From Fimbriosthenelais zetlandica (Eukaryota), in NCBI GenBank assembly GCA_977030845.1, contig OZ365113.1, positions 21,700,001-21,764,000 on the forward strand: a stretch of 64,000 nucleotides of DNA, read 5' to 3'. The position numbers and the translations under genes were made by a program. Shown piece by piece: positions 24,005 through 36,700 of the stretch (its first letter is position 1; each line of letters begins with the position of its first letter). The notes beneath the pieces are model-generated. The model was not told where the DNA came from. It worked only from the letters and a program-made list of their open reading frames with translations, and did no database searches.

Positions 24005-26005
24005 TCACGTCGAGCAGCTGATATGCTCTTGGTTAAATGGGCCTTGTACATTATCATTTATAATGCACCGTACCCAGATATTGTAGCTTGTCTCTGGTTT
24101 GAGTCCCATGGAGAATTGGTGGGCGGTTTTGCTCAGCAGCCAAGCCGTATAGTTCTCTTGCCCAGACTCCTGAATCCACACCTCATAATGAACATTGCGC
24201 ACCTGAAGGTACTTCAAGTTCCAGGGGGGTTGCCATGACAACCAGAGGCTTGGTGGTGTGAAGGCATTTTCGTTGTGAACCGAGTCCCTGTCTTGGTTAC
24301 CCTCACACCGAAGACTCTGTACTGGAGAAGGGAATATTCTCTTATAGAGAAGAACATCTGTGGGGTCAGGAGGGGGTGAGGGCAAGCTGCCCCCGGAGAC
24401 ATTGAACTGCTTGTCCCTTTGTTGAATGGCACCTTGTATAAGAGTTATGACGGAGGGAATATCTACCATGGTGTCCTGGTAAATGCGGTAGAACCATTCA
24501 GGGTCCCTGCAACACAGGTGTTTTGGCACCTCCGTACTAGAGGAGATAATGTCCTGCACCTCCTGGGAGAGGTGGGCTATTCCTCCAGTGTCCCAAGGTC
24601 GTGTGGGGTGAGTCACGGTGTTCTTAACATTCATGTTCCTCCAGGCGCGGTAGATGAGTCCCATCCCCTGGAGATTGGACAGGGTTTTGTATGGGGTGTA
24701 GTTGTTGGGATTTACTGCATAAGGAAATAGTTCAATTAGAATGGCACTCGGTGGTAAGAACATGGCTAGGGACAATAAAGATCCATGCATACCAATAAGG
24801 ATGGAAGCTTTGCTTAGAATTGCCATCATCTCAGCAACGGAGTGGGTCTCCACCCCTACACTAAGCACTTTAGTCTTGAGCTCTCTCACGAGAGCTAAAG
24901 TCAATTCAACTTCATTAATAATCAGTCTGTTGTGCTTCCGAGTAAACAACACTATATAGCTTTCCCCATTGGGAACCGTGAGGTAATCAGTTCCCAGACG
25001 TGATTTTAAGAAGGATGTGAACTGTTTGACCTCACGTCCAGTTATTTGAGAATTAGCAATGGGTCCTTGTGGCTCTCTAAATCCATATTGATACCACGTG
25101 GTGGCTTTACTGATCCCTACATAGGAGTCTTTGAAGCAAATAACAGAGTCTTTGTTCTGTATGTCACTTTTGAATAAAGGTCTATACGAGCTGAATGCTT
25201 CATATAAATTAATGAAGTCACCGGGACTCCAGCCCTCCATAAATACTAACTGTACATCGAAGGCGGAGACATTAGATTTGTGTCCTCCAGTAATCATATG
25301 GAGAGTGTAATACATGGGAAGCAGGTCGTCATGGATGACGTGCATGAGATTATCTGGGTTGAACCGACGGAAAAGCAAACTGGTGGGATCGATAAACTCT
25401 ACCTTGAAACTTTCAGCCTTGGTAGCTGGGAGGTCAACAAAGTTGAAATACTGCATATTGTGGTCCCATACTGAAGACATGTCCAGCAACGTGGGGTTAA
25501 ACCTGTCCAAAGTCAAGCCGGACATGATGCTCTGCGGGCTGTGGAAAAAAACAAAGTCATCCGATGTAGGCATGTAGCACAGGTTGCGAAAGCGACATAT
25601 TCGGTCTGTATGTCGCTCACCCCAACACCAAACAGATGAGCCTTGCTGAGCAAGCCTGGTTACATTGCCATCTCCAAGCAGGTGTTCCTCTTCGGAGGTA
25701 CTAAAGGAGTTGGCGATGTCAATGGTAGGTGTAATCTGGTGTAGGTTCACTTCCAGCGTGTGTGTGGTGACCTGGGGTTGTTGTTGGCCGTTACCTTCCA
25801 AATTATTATTATTGTTGGATTCGGCTGCAACACCAACATGGTTATTACAGGCTCGGGTTGTGGGCAGTCCCCCATCACCTGCCTCAGGGACGCCCGCTGT
25901 GAAATTTTGGAACTCAACATATTTGGTGAGGAGGACTGCGATGGTCACAGTGGAGATGACGTGAAGCCATCCATGAAAGCCCAGCATGATTACATGGGAA
26001 GTCAT
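24005..26005 (-). CDS. POMGNT2: Protein O-linked-mannose beta-1,4-N-acetylglucosaminyltransferase 2 (GT61 family, type II membrane, C-terminal fibronectin type III domain); single coding exon
   Basis: 666-aa ORF. N-terminal TM VISTVTIAVLLTKYV. GT61 motifs DRICRFRNLCY, RRFNPDNLMHVIHDDLLP, TTWYQYGF, RLIINE, LIGMHGSLL, IELFPYAVNP, CCRDPEWFYRIYQDT. FN3 tail LSWQPPWNLKYLQVRNVHYEVWIQE...YNIWVRC distinguishes it from EOGT. A strong acceptor (ttttcctttgcag, ends 26021) lies 15 nt upstream, matching the 5'UTR-intron plus single-coding-exon layout known for vertebrate POMGNT2. The true start may be the ATG at 25987, which has a better Kozak context. Confidence 0.95.
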   Translation of the reverse strand: MTSHVIMLGFHGWLHVISTVTIAVLLTKYVEFQNFTAGVPEAGDGGLPTTRACNNHVGVAAESNNNNNLEGNGQQQPQVTTHTLEVNLHQITPTIDIANSFSTSEEEHLLGDGNVTRLAQQGSSVWCWGERHTDRICRFRNLCYMPTSDDFVFFHSPQSIMSGLTLDRFNPTLLDMSSVWDHNMQYFNFVDLPATKAESFKVEFIDPTSLLFRRFNPDNLMHVIHDDLLPMYYTLHMITGGHKSNVSAFDVQLVFMEGWSPGDFINLYEAFSSYRPLFKSDIQNKDSVICFKDSYVGISKATTWYQYGFREPQGPIANSQITGREVKQFTSFLKSRLGTDYLTVPNGESYIVLFTRKHNRLIINEVELTLALVRELKTKVLSVGVETHSVAEMMAILSKASILIGMHGSLLSLAMFLPPSAILIELFPYAVNPNNYTPYKTLSNLQGMGLIYRAWRNMNVKNTVTHPTRPWDTGGIAHLSQEVQDIISSSTEVPKHLCCRDPEWFYRIYQDTMVDIPSVITLIQGAIQQRDKQFNVSGGSLPSPPPDPTDVLLYKRIFPSPVQSLRCEGNQDRDSVHNENAFTPPSLWLSWQPPWNLKYLQVRNVHYEVWIQESGQENYTAWLLSKTAHQFSMGLKPETSYNIWVRCIINDNVQGPFNQEHISCST

Positions 26006-27706
26006 TCATGTATCTGTTACCTGCAAAGGAAAATAATGTAATCATTAATCACATTATTGTAGGATATGTGGAGAATTTATTTGAACATTAAATTACGTTG
26101 ACCGTATCATCAGGTGAATACAGAAAGTGGTTGGATTTCAACCATGAATTGGAAATATTTTATAAAGCAATGTTTCGTCTGTGAGGTTTGTATAGTTATA
26201 CACACTATACTCCCGTCCACACGATGCTAGAAGTAATGTAACTCTCGCAAGGGAAACATTCTACATTCACCAACCATCAAATCTGATATTTCAGATGAGT
26301 GATATAAAGAGAACGTTAGCTGAATAAGACTTCCAATCTTGGTCATCCGAACTGTGCTGTCTGTGTAACTGACCGCATTTTATGCAGAGCTTGAGGGGAA
26401 CGAGCTTGACTACTGAACTATACGAGAAAGCCTGTACAATTGAGGGAATTATCTGAATAATCGTGTCTTATCAAATGTGAATGAATAAGTTTCCGGATAC
26501 GGAGGAATTATATATCAAATACTGACTGGCTACTCCTAATTCACTGAAAGATTCACTGACACACTCAATGACCCACACTTATACAATAATGAACAAACTG
26601 AATGTGGTCTAAATGGCAAGTGTATGGCTCAATGTAGCACATTTATATAACCAAGTAGGAACTTGCTTAGCCTAACAGAAGCTCCTATCAATGCTTTATA
26701 CTAATAATCTAGTAACATGTCTTGAGGCAGCTTTCTATGAGGTGGAGGTGGTCAGTGTTGTGGCCATTCAGTGGGTATTTTCTCCAGTCCTATGAGCTAT
26801 TGGCGTGTTTGGGATGTCTGGGAGGGTGTCAGGTATAACCTATCATGAAATGGAAGGGTGGATATAAAGGACACAGTTTAGGCCTTTATTCCAACAACCT
26901 GAAATTCCTATTTAGTCACATAACAATTCTCAAATTGCCTGAAAGCACTGGCAATCTTGCCAACTTGTTGACTATTCGAGGTCCATTAGGAAGATCCGCC
27001 AGGAACATGCATTTTTCTTACATCAACATCTTCCACATCATGCACTTGAGAAATGCAGGAATCACCACCTAGATGCAATTAAATGTCCTTCTGACTAAAA
27101 TATAGGCTAAAAATCTTGATCCATACTCTTAATGTACATCACAGAGTTGGTACAATCCCGATTTAACCTATCGCATGGCCATTTGTGTCCATAGGAAATT
27201 TCACCCCCTGCAGATGTACCCCATTATCTGTACTATAGTGACCTAGGAACCTCTATGACCTAACCCATGGGCCTATGGGCCCTTACAGGGGAACACTAGG
27301 CACTTCGGAAAGTATTGCCAAAGCGCTGCAGGAGTTTTCAGGGTGACACGTGTGCTGTGAAGGGGTCACTGCGTGTGTTCTGGTGATTCGAAGGCAGTAA
27401 AAAGGACAAGACCAAGGGGCATTTGTGGCATGTATGACACAGGTTCTCCCTTAGAAGGAAGCTGAGGGCACGTATGATATGTTTCCACTTGTAAAAACAA
27501 GTGCATGTTCATGTAGATTAGGCTGATGATAGAGCCGTAAGTGTATCGCCTGAGCTTGGAGTATTTTCACAAATCATATACTTCGAATCTCGGAGGATGA
27601 AAGAATGATATTGGTAATATCAAGATTGGGCAATGAGAAATCTAGAGCAAAGCTGCAGGTGGCAGATTGAGTCTAGCTCTATATTACTAGCATACCCTCA
27701 GGTGGT

Positions 27707-27707
27707 G

Positions 27708-27736
<29 letters not shown>
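27707..27736. repeat. G30 homopolymer (shorter G runs at 29708-29721 and 46679-46697)
   Basis: Direct count. Confidence 0.95.
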
Positions 27737-27739
<3 letters not shown>

Positions 27740-30700
27740 GGAAACAACAGAGGTCACGCTTTACTGTGTGGTCTTGCCATCAATAAGTGTCAAATATGCC
27801 AGATATGGCTGGCTATGTATTCCTGTTGTAAAGGTCAGAACTGAATCACAATTCTTGCGTGTTCCCTACAGTACTACTTTGATTTCAATTATTTGCAGAA
27901 TTCAGATATTTCTAAAAAAGGATTGCTCACGCGAGAATTATCTACAAACATCTTAGAGCAGAGAGTGGAGCTCCTCTTAACATCACGACATTCCCATGAG
28001 AATAAACAGGGACTTAACAACCCTCAGGTGTTGACTAAATGATTCGAAAACAATCATAGCCCATGATATCTTTATCAAATTACTCAATGCATTACAAAAC
28101 ACACCACCATCCAACAACGTAGCCTTTTAAAAGGCTTTCTTCATTCAAAGCAGTTTCGCAAGATCCGAAAATCCAATTTTGTGGGATTTCATTCTCCTCA
28201 GCTTTCCTCTCTGTCGATTTATTAGATTAAGTACGTGACTGACATTTGCTAAAAACAACAATAAATGGGATAAGCTACTGTATTTTTGCGGTTGATGCAG
28301 ACACAAAAATAAACAAGTGATTCCATTTAACATTCCCTTCAGTCAAAATCTTCAAATCCTTCTTCAGGTCTAATGAAGTCGAGTAATATGAGAGTACATG
28401 TATCCTTATGCGATATGGTTTTTCAATGCTGTCGGGCTAGCTGATGGGTACATGATTTGAGAAGTGGCCCTTCTACTGCCAACATCCTGTTGTCTGTGAG
28501 ATTGGCATTGCCTGTAAAGCACCTGCAAGCCTGCTGTACATCATTTAGAAATATGGCTTCATTCATCTCCCTATCCCCAGGGATCACCCTCCGTCACGAC
28601 AGAATCAATACACGCAAGACAATTATAGCCTCAGGCGTTGACGCAACACTTTTTAAGGAGGTAACTCCTGTGAGAGTTCCCCAGTTGTACATGTTCTCGT
28701 TTTTCTTAAAGATACTTGCAAAAGACACCGTAGGAATGCACTGGTTCAGCTTGACAAGCTAAGCTTAATTCTTCGTGTCCTGCCAATGATGATCAGATGC
28801 TATGGGAAAAGGAAATGGTTTCAGTCCCAAAGAAATATTAGTCCATTTTTCCTCTGTCAAGTTGTTGAGTCATGATTGGAATGTGTCACAGAGATGGTTA
28901 AAAAACAAAGCCAACTCTGAATGAAATTCATGATTACCAAGCAATGATGATTAGAATACGAGGACGCGTGATTTCTGAGGAGGGTAATTCAGGGTTGAAA
29001 AATTAGGTTCTGGGGAATCCTATGATTTCAAGATCTGCTGATCTCAAGTCTCCCACAACTGTGACGGGTCTTATCGGTGTTTTTCATACCACATCATCCA
29101 ATGGGGCAATATTTGTTCACATATACATCCTCAAACCTTGTCAAATATTCAAACATTTCCAAAGAAAACTGAAAAAGTCTAAAAGCGTCCATTCTTGAAG
29201 TCAGACATCCATAAAGAGTGTAGAGCTCTCTTTTACCTGCTCCCTTAATCCTGGGAGAGCTCGTCTGATGGACGACCCATAATTGGTGTCCTCGTCACCT
29301 CAATAGAGGGCCAAGCATAGCTGGGAAGTTCTTTGAATGAATATGTCTGGGTCGATGCCTCCAAGGCCTGATGCCTTAATGCTGCATATAAAGAAGCTAG
29401 TGGGGCCAGGTGATGGAGCAAAAACACCATCACCGTCTGCTCTGGGTGAAGGTCGTCCCATCCTTGTTCTCTTATCTCGAGGTGTTTCATGTTCCATTTT
29501 GTTTGTACACTTGGTTGGCGCTGATCCATTGGGGCAGTAATATTATAAAACCATAGTCCTATAGAAATCTTTCTAGAGTTTGACCACTGATTTTGATTTT
29601 TGACAAGTCAAGAATTGTCCCAGAGTTTGACCACTACGGATCCTATGTTTGGACCAGTGTGAGAGATCTTGCAATACCATCAGTATGAAATGGTAAGGCT
29701 CAGTCACGGGGGGGGGGGGGGCCGAACCGGGACCACCACTAATGGCAATCTCAGCTGCCCCCTTATGATGAAGCTTCTGACCTATTGTTGTTCCTGACAG
29801 GTTATTAGTAATAATTGCATGACTCAGGATCGCCTATAGAGTCAGTTTTAGTCTGGTAGATTTCCTACCAGTTGTTGACTGATAGGGCAAGGTAACGTAT
29901 GGAGGGGTGGACCGCCTCTCTAATGATACCCCACATGCAAGCTTATTTACTGGTTTCGTCAACATGAGCACGACAGGTGGATTATAAAGTACAGGGCATG
30001 AATTGATTCATGGCCTCAGGTAGATGGGGGACATGAATTGTTACTTCTTTGCTTTATGGGACAGGGTGAGGGAGGGCATTATTGAGTTCTCAACAGAGGC
30101 TTTGTCGCTTGTAATAGGGAGAAGCGGGGTAAACATTGTGATCCTAATTTTTCATCGACGGCAGAAAGTCAATAAGATCATGCTGCTTCAAGTGTACCAA
30201 GGTTCGTTCCTATAGATTCATTATAATCAACAGACAAGTACTTTCTTTATGGTCGGGTAGAATGGGAGTATCATTTGATTAATTCAAACAGACGTCTCTT
30301 CATGACTGAATGAGTGGTTATAGATGCATTGCCATGGAACTCTGAATGACCACTGACATCCCTGTCAATCTCCATCAACACAAATGGTCCTATTGACCAT
30401 GAGTGCAAACCAACATAGGCAACGAGGACTATTGACCTAATGGCTGTACACAAGCCCCCAAACTACAGGTGCCACCGACATAGCGGAATAGGAAAACAGA
30501 GTGAGATTGGTATAACTGCCGGTTGAGAGGGTTTATGTTTGGTCTCGCTAGTGCAACTGATCACATACAAGCCCAACCGAAGACCCAACCCAGGGTGTGT
30601 TTGTGTTGATGAATTCGTCTATCAGACATCAACAGTGGGAGCGATATCAAAGCTGGCTGGCAATACAAGTGCAGGTAGAGTTGGGATTAAATGAATCATT

Positions 30701-33700
30701 GCTCTGACAATAATGATATGGCTTTGAAGGCCATGCAGTGAAAACCAGCCATACCTGTCTGCAGAACATTTTTGTAACAGCAGTGTTCAGTGCTGGCTCT
30801 GTCTACCACAGAGATTAATATCACAAATGTATAATATCCACATGGCATGGATATAGTGGGATGAAACGGTGCCAAAAAGAGGGATCAGATGAACACTGAA
30901 ATAATACATTTTTGTAAAAGGAAAGTTTTGGCAATGATTCTCGGTGGTAAGTTTGCCTTGGCAGCAGCTTTGGTGATGCACTAAGAGTGGCTTCTGTGGC
31001 GCGTTGCTTATACTTTGTAGCAATATCCTATGTATACATGCTCAAGTGATTTACATTGAAAATCATTCTAAATCAACAGGTTTAGGGAGGGAGGATAACC
31101 TTACATTAGGAATATCTAAATACTGACGAAATGCATAGATATACCGCCATTATAATATGGATTTAAAGAGCGAGAGATTATCAAGAGAGACTTGAACAAC
31201 TCTGAGATGAAGCTGTCTATTTAGTCTGGGATCTTCCATTCCTGGGATTATCAAGCATCTCCAGAAATTAATCCAGCCACAGAAGTATCAGATGCCATGC
31301 AAGACTTACAAGACAATTACAAACATGACATTTGGCCAAGCGCAAGTGAGAGATTAGCTGATGAACAGACAAAGATAAGTCAGGCAGGCTGGCTGGAAGT
31401 GAGTGGATTGATAGACTGGGAGAGACGCTTGAGTCAGATAATCTATGTAGTTAAGAAGTGATGGATTAGCGATGAGACGCAAGAGGGAATCAGAGAAAGC
31501 TAGCTCTCCCCCATGAAGATAAGAAGCAGTGGATTTTATATCTTCCTATACTGCCTCCACCAATGAATTAGCAATGGGACATAATCCAACCCCAAATGGC
31601 CATTATAGTTGGCAATATAGGCAATATCAATTGATGCAATCGTGGTAGGAACTCCGGTCATAAAACTACAGTACTGAACCAAGCTGGTTGGAATTTAAGA
31701 GAAATGCCTATAGAAATCCTGGAGCAATTTTTTTCCCTCCTGGAAGATCATCCGACTCCCAAAGCTTGTGATTCTAAAATTTATTAGTGCTGATTGTTCT
31801 TTTCCCCGAGAGGAAGGCAAAGAAAAAGGAAGCTGAGAAGGATCGGATGGTTTCTGCTCAATGGTGATAGCATAAAAAGACAACCCACAAGACACTATTG
31901 CAGTGTCGAGGCGAGTCTTTTGCTTGGATGATTTACTGGGTAATATTAGCTGGATGGGCTACACGTATGGGACGTGTTTACCATGGGGAATAAGCTTCTT
32001 CACCAAAAAAGAACAGCCGCACATGTTTCCCGTCTGCATCGTATAAAAAAGCCCGCTCAATATACGTCCTGGCCTTCTAATACAGCAGAGCAGATCATTA
32101 ATACCTAATCTGTTATTTTTCATCTGAACATATCTTTTTTAAAAAGGATATATACATAATGAATCTGACAGAAAGCAAACGGAGAATAAAAAGGCAAATA
32201 AGAATGTACATAGAGAAGGGAAAAGCGGAAATTACTTTTAATCAACGATGGTTCAATTCAAATAAAATTCAATGACTTCCTTATCGGCATACAGCAAGAG
32301 TGTCTTGTGAGCTATAACTTTATGCTATTACTATTGACATTATTAATTACTATTAATCATCTAAATCATCTGCACCTATTCCAGAACACCCTACAAACTG
32401 TTCTTCCTTCGAGGGTGGAGTCCGACTGACTCGGGCCTGCTACACTGCCTTCCCTCGGGGGGAGGCGGGGACATAGCTCAAAACGCCAAGACTTCAACAA
32501 GCCAAGACTTCATTAATAACTGGCCAAACCTATATCAAAGATTATCTGCACCTACTCCACACTTCCTGAGCTCATTTAATACAATAACATACAGGACCCA
32601 AGTAGTGGCCACGAACAGCAAGCCTATAGGGCATTGAGAGTACGTTAATGATTCATGGCCCTTCTTCTTGGCTGATGAACTCCAACATGTCAAGGCCTAT
32701 AACTCAATGAGGCTCGGATCTGCCCTGTTTTCCCCCCAAACGGCCTCCAACTATCTGTCACTGGCCAATAGGTGTGGTCAGTGGGCAGTGGAAAGGCCCT
32801 GCTGACCAAAGTCCATGTACAAAGCCCTCTAATCTTCCATCTGTACCATGGGAAATTGCCTCTATTAGTTATCATTGATTCCATGGCAAGAAGGGTCCTA
32901 TATTAACATTCCCTCATAGATAGAGATGTCAACAGTGGCCAACAATATGAACTGATAGCGAAAAAATATCCAAGCTCGCCAAGGGATTCTTTTTTCTTGC
33001 TAGAGAGTAAACTAATTACAAGTAGCTTGCAGGGTTTCAAATATTTTCAAAGGCGTTCCCTATGTGAAATGTTTTTCATTAATATTTTAATGTTCCTATT
33101 ATAAATTTAGCAAAAGTGAACAAGGCAAAAGGTGCCTGGGGATTTCAGTCTGAAAAGAAGCAAGTCGGCAGTAATTGGCTTGATTTGTGCAGGATACTGA
33201 ACTGAAATGGGCGAAAATTTTGTCAGGACTTACTTTTATAACGGGGAGAAATAGCAAATAGATTTGAAAATGATTGGGTGAAGATGAAGCAGAAGACAAT
33301 TAAAGGGGTTGTGGATAGTGGGGCAAATGCTAGGGGAGATATACAGGTCCATAATTAGGAGATGCACAGAGAAGTAATGAAACGAATGCCGAGAGGGTTT
33401 CATGAGCTTTTTATACCTTTCTCACGCAAACACCCGAGAATATCCCAGTGAAGTGTCAATCAGTGATGTTTTGAACGGATCAAACCTACTTGTTGGGCGT
33501 TTATCCAAGGCTAGCTGGACTTATCAAAAGATGACTGATGACAGAGGTATGAGAGAGGTCACATCTGTCATAGTTACAGCCCGGATTACTGACAACCCAG
33601 GAGGAAAGCTACAAAATGGGAAGAGATCCCTTGTACTACAAAGCCCCAACCAGAAGCTAGGCTTAGGTTACTCATATATTAACCTCTGATAATTAAAACA

Positions 33701-36700
33701 TTCATCTAACAGCCACTCGAATACGGCTGGTCATAAATTGCAGCTGAATTTAGCAGAAAATCTTGAGGATCAAATTTGTTTTTGGTTATTACTTGATCCT
33801 TCACAAAATGTCTTTTTTGCATCTTAGCGTATTATTTTTCACGACTCAGTGGTATGAATGAAGTGGTCGAGGGATGTTATATATGCATAATATTATAGTC
33901 CTTAAATTTGAATATTATCCCATAAATAGTGTATGAATTATAAATGACCAACCTGGCTCATTTGACAGTTATGGTTCATGCCCTCACCAAAGCACCATTC
34001 AGCAGGAGCTGTTAAAAGTAATGGTTTCTTCCTGGCTAATTGAGTAAGATCCATTGTTTCAAAAAAGATTGTGTCGTTTGTCTCTAAATTCGCCAGCTTA
34101 TCATATCACATTTCATCCAGCTTTCAAACCATTTTGAAGAGTTACTTCCATGCAAAATTCACGTAAATGTCCACTAATCTATAGGTGATAGAGGGTACCT
34201 CTAATACGTATTTCTTTTAATCCCGGATTATTAAAATTTAATTATGTTTATGAATCATGGATGTCGATATTAGAAAAAATGACAGGAAGTCCAAGTGCAA
34301 GAGAAATCCAATCAGCAAGTGAAAAAGTTCAATTAGTCAAGAAAAAAGCTCAACAACAAAGTTTTATCAGACAGCTTCATGTTACCACATAATTTCATAA
34401 ATCCCACAGCTAATTAATACAACACCAAGGAATGCTTTCGTTAAAACAACTTTAAAGCTAAGGTACATAAATGTAGCTGAAAAGTCATAGATTAGACTCA
34501 AGTTATGAGAGCTGTATTTAAGTACTTCTTTTCACTTGCTTTCTGCAAATCGACGTTTGTCTTATGCAGGTGCAATATCTTGTGTAAATCGAAATAATCC
34601 AAATAAAAAGCCGATTGATACTGAAAAGAGCTCATTTCTCAGTGTAACAGCAACCAGCACTTTTAGTGCCGGGGAAACTGCTGGGAGAACACCAATGCAA
34701 GACCAGTGATGACAGTAATTCAGGCAATGAGAAGAAATGACTCTTGGCTGCTGGTAGAAAGGTGATACCATAAAAGCCCATCCAGGTAAGACCCCTATAC
34801 CTGTTCTCCCCTCCGTCTACTCCCCCGGGTATAAAGCTTACATGGAATACTGTCTTTGCACATTGATTTCACACAGGAACAAGGTTTGGCAAGCCCTCCC
34901 TTTAAGCCAATTATACGGGGCCCAGGCTTGCCATTTCTCTTGCACTGTATAGCGCAAGCCAATTCTGCAGTGGTACACATGCCCCCAGGACATGGCTGCT
35001 CATTTCTCCATGCAGGAGATGTAGGCAGAAAGCTGGTGTAGAATAATATCTATACAATACATATATACCTTCATAACAAAGACGTTTATATGTAATCACT
35101 TCTTATACACCAAGACATATCATATAGATATATATTTCTACACTTCATCTATACTCAACTCAACAGGTACATTCACTCTGAGGTTGTTAGCGTTTCGAGC
35201 TGAAATTGTAAGTTAGGAAGTTTTTGAACACGAAATTTGATCTGATCAAAGGAGGAGAAATCTTCTGAATCTTTGTTAACAAAGGAGGGGAAGAGTAATG
35301 TAAATGTGATAAAGGAGCAGATGGCATAAAAGGAGTTCTCATCTTTCAGTCGCAGCAGGAAGGACAAGGCTTTCTTTTCGTTCGTATAGAAACACATTTC
35401 CATCTTTCCTGTGGTACAGGACGAGATTTTCAGACATCCTCAAATGAATCATCTAAATTACCAAAGTTGCACAATAACATGCTGCTAATATGGTCTCATA
35501 GTCACTGTAAGAACTGCTCATTGATGAACTGCATATTATATGTAGTGAATTGTCACTAGATGAAAGGAAGAAAGGAAGGAAGAAAGAAGGGAGGAAGGAA
35601 TTTTGTGTCCAGTCCTATCCTAGAGTTTCAATAGGAGATGGAAGTGTGAAATCTTCAAATATGAATCTAATGCAAGATTGAACAAGATTGCCGATGATAT
35701 ATAAGTATAAGTAAATAGAAATCACCTCCGTGAAATCGCCTCGATTATAAGTAAATGGAACACTTCAGCAAGTAAGTTTTCTATGGGCTTCAGCATCAAT
35801 GGTGACACTGTGATCTGGGTCTATATGAAATAGAGAGTGGAGCCAGATGTGGAACTGTTCATCCCCTGAGGCTACATTCCCGCCGTCAACCCTGCTAATG
35901 CCATAAACACTACATGATTATGACATGAAACCCAGCACTGATAATCAGTGGAAACTCACCAAACCATGCTGAGCTATCGTGCTTTAAAAGCGGTCTGAAC
36001 CCAGACGTAATGTTACCGAAGCCATACCGACAAGGCTCCAGAGGCTCATAACTAAAAGCAGTGTATATGGCGAGTTAGCCTCGTGGGACCGGCGCCAATG
36101 GCTACAGGCAAATGTACATTGCAGAGGGCTCCGGATGCTGCTGACTTTCCCACTGAGGGACTCTTGTTCAGGGATATAATTCTAGGCTTGAGGGGGCAAT
36201 TCAAGACTTGAACGGTTAAATGAATAAGTACACTTTCTCTTGTAAATATGCACGGGTTTCACTTCAGATTTTTATGATCATTTGAAATAAGACACACTAA
36301 GAGGAAAGGACAATCTCTTGACGGTGAGACACATTGTGATTTGCATTGATTCTTAAAACACTGGAGAAGGTCAGAGGGAAGAGGAGATGCTGTCCAGGAA
36401 TAATCCTGCACACTAAACATTTATGCTTCGTAAAAAATATATACGATTCTGTACACAGGGCATACTACTCAATGAGGGTAACAATTATGTGCATGGATTT
36501 TATCAATGTAATAATATAGGTATGTATAATAGCTTGCGTTGTGATCTTATTATTGATAAGTGATAAGTATCCAAACAGTGATTACCATATTGCTTGGCTG
36601 TCAATAAATAACCCTGTGATTCACTATAGAGCCTGGTATCAAGGGAATGGCATGACATTTGCACGAGAGATCAGAGGTAAAGAGATCTCCGGAGGGGGAC

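Noticed and set aside
24229-24242. X-box-like GTTGCCATGACAAC inside POMGNT2
   Set aside because: Explained by the codons for the conserved L-S-W-Q of the FN3 domain.
24023-26041. Several + strand and alternate-frame ORFs overlapping POMGNT2
   Set aside because: Shadow ORFs of a long coding exon, with no recognisable motifs.
26845-27072. LRR-like snippet LKLPESTGNLANL (and GSIPNDVGRLAN at about 57075)
   Set aside because: Single isolated pseudo-repeats without splice context or neighbouring repeats.
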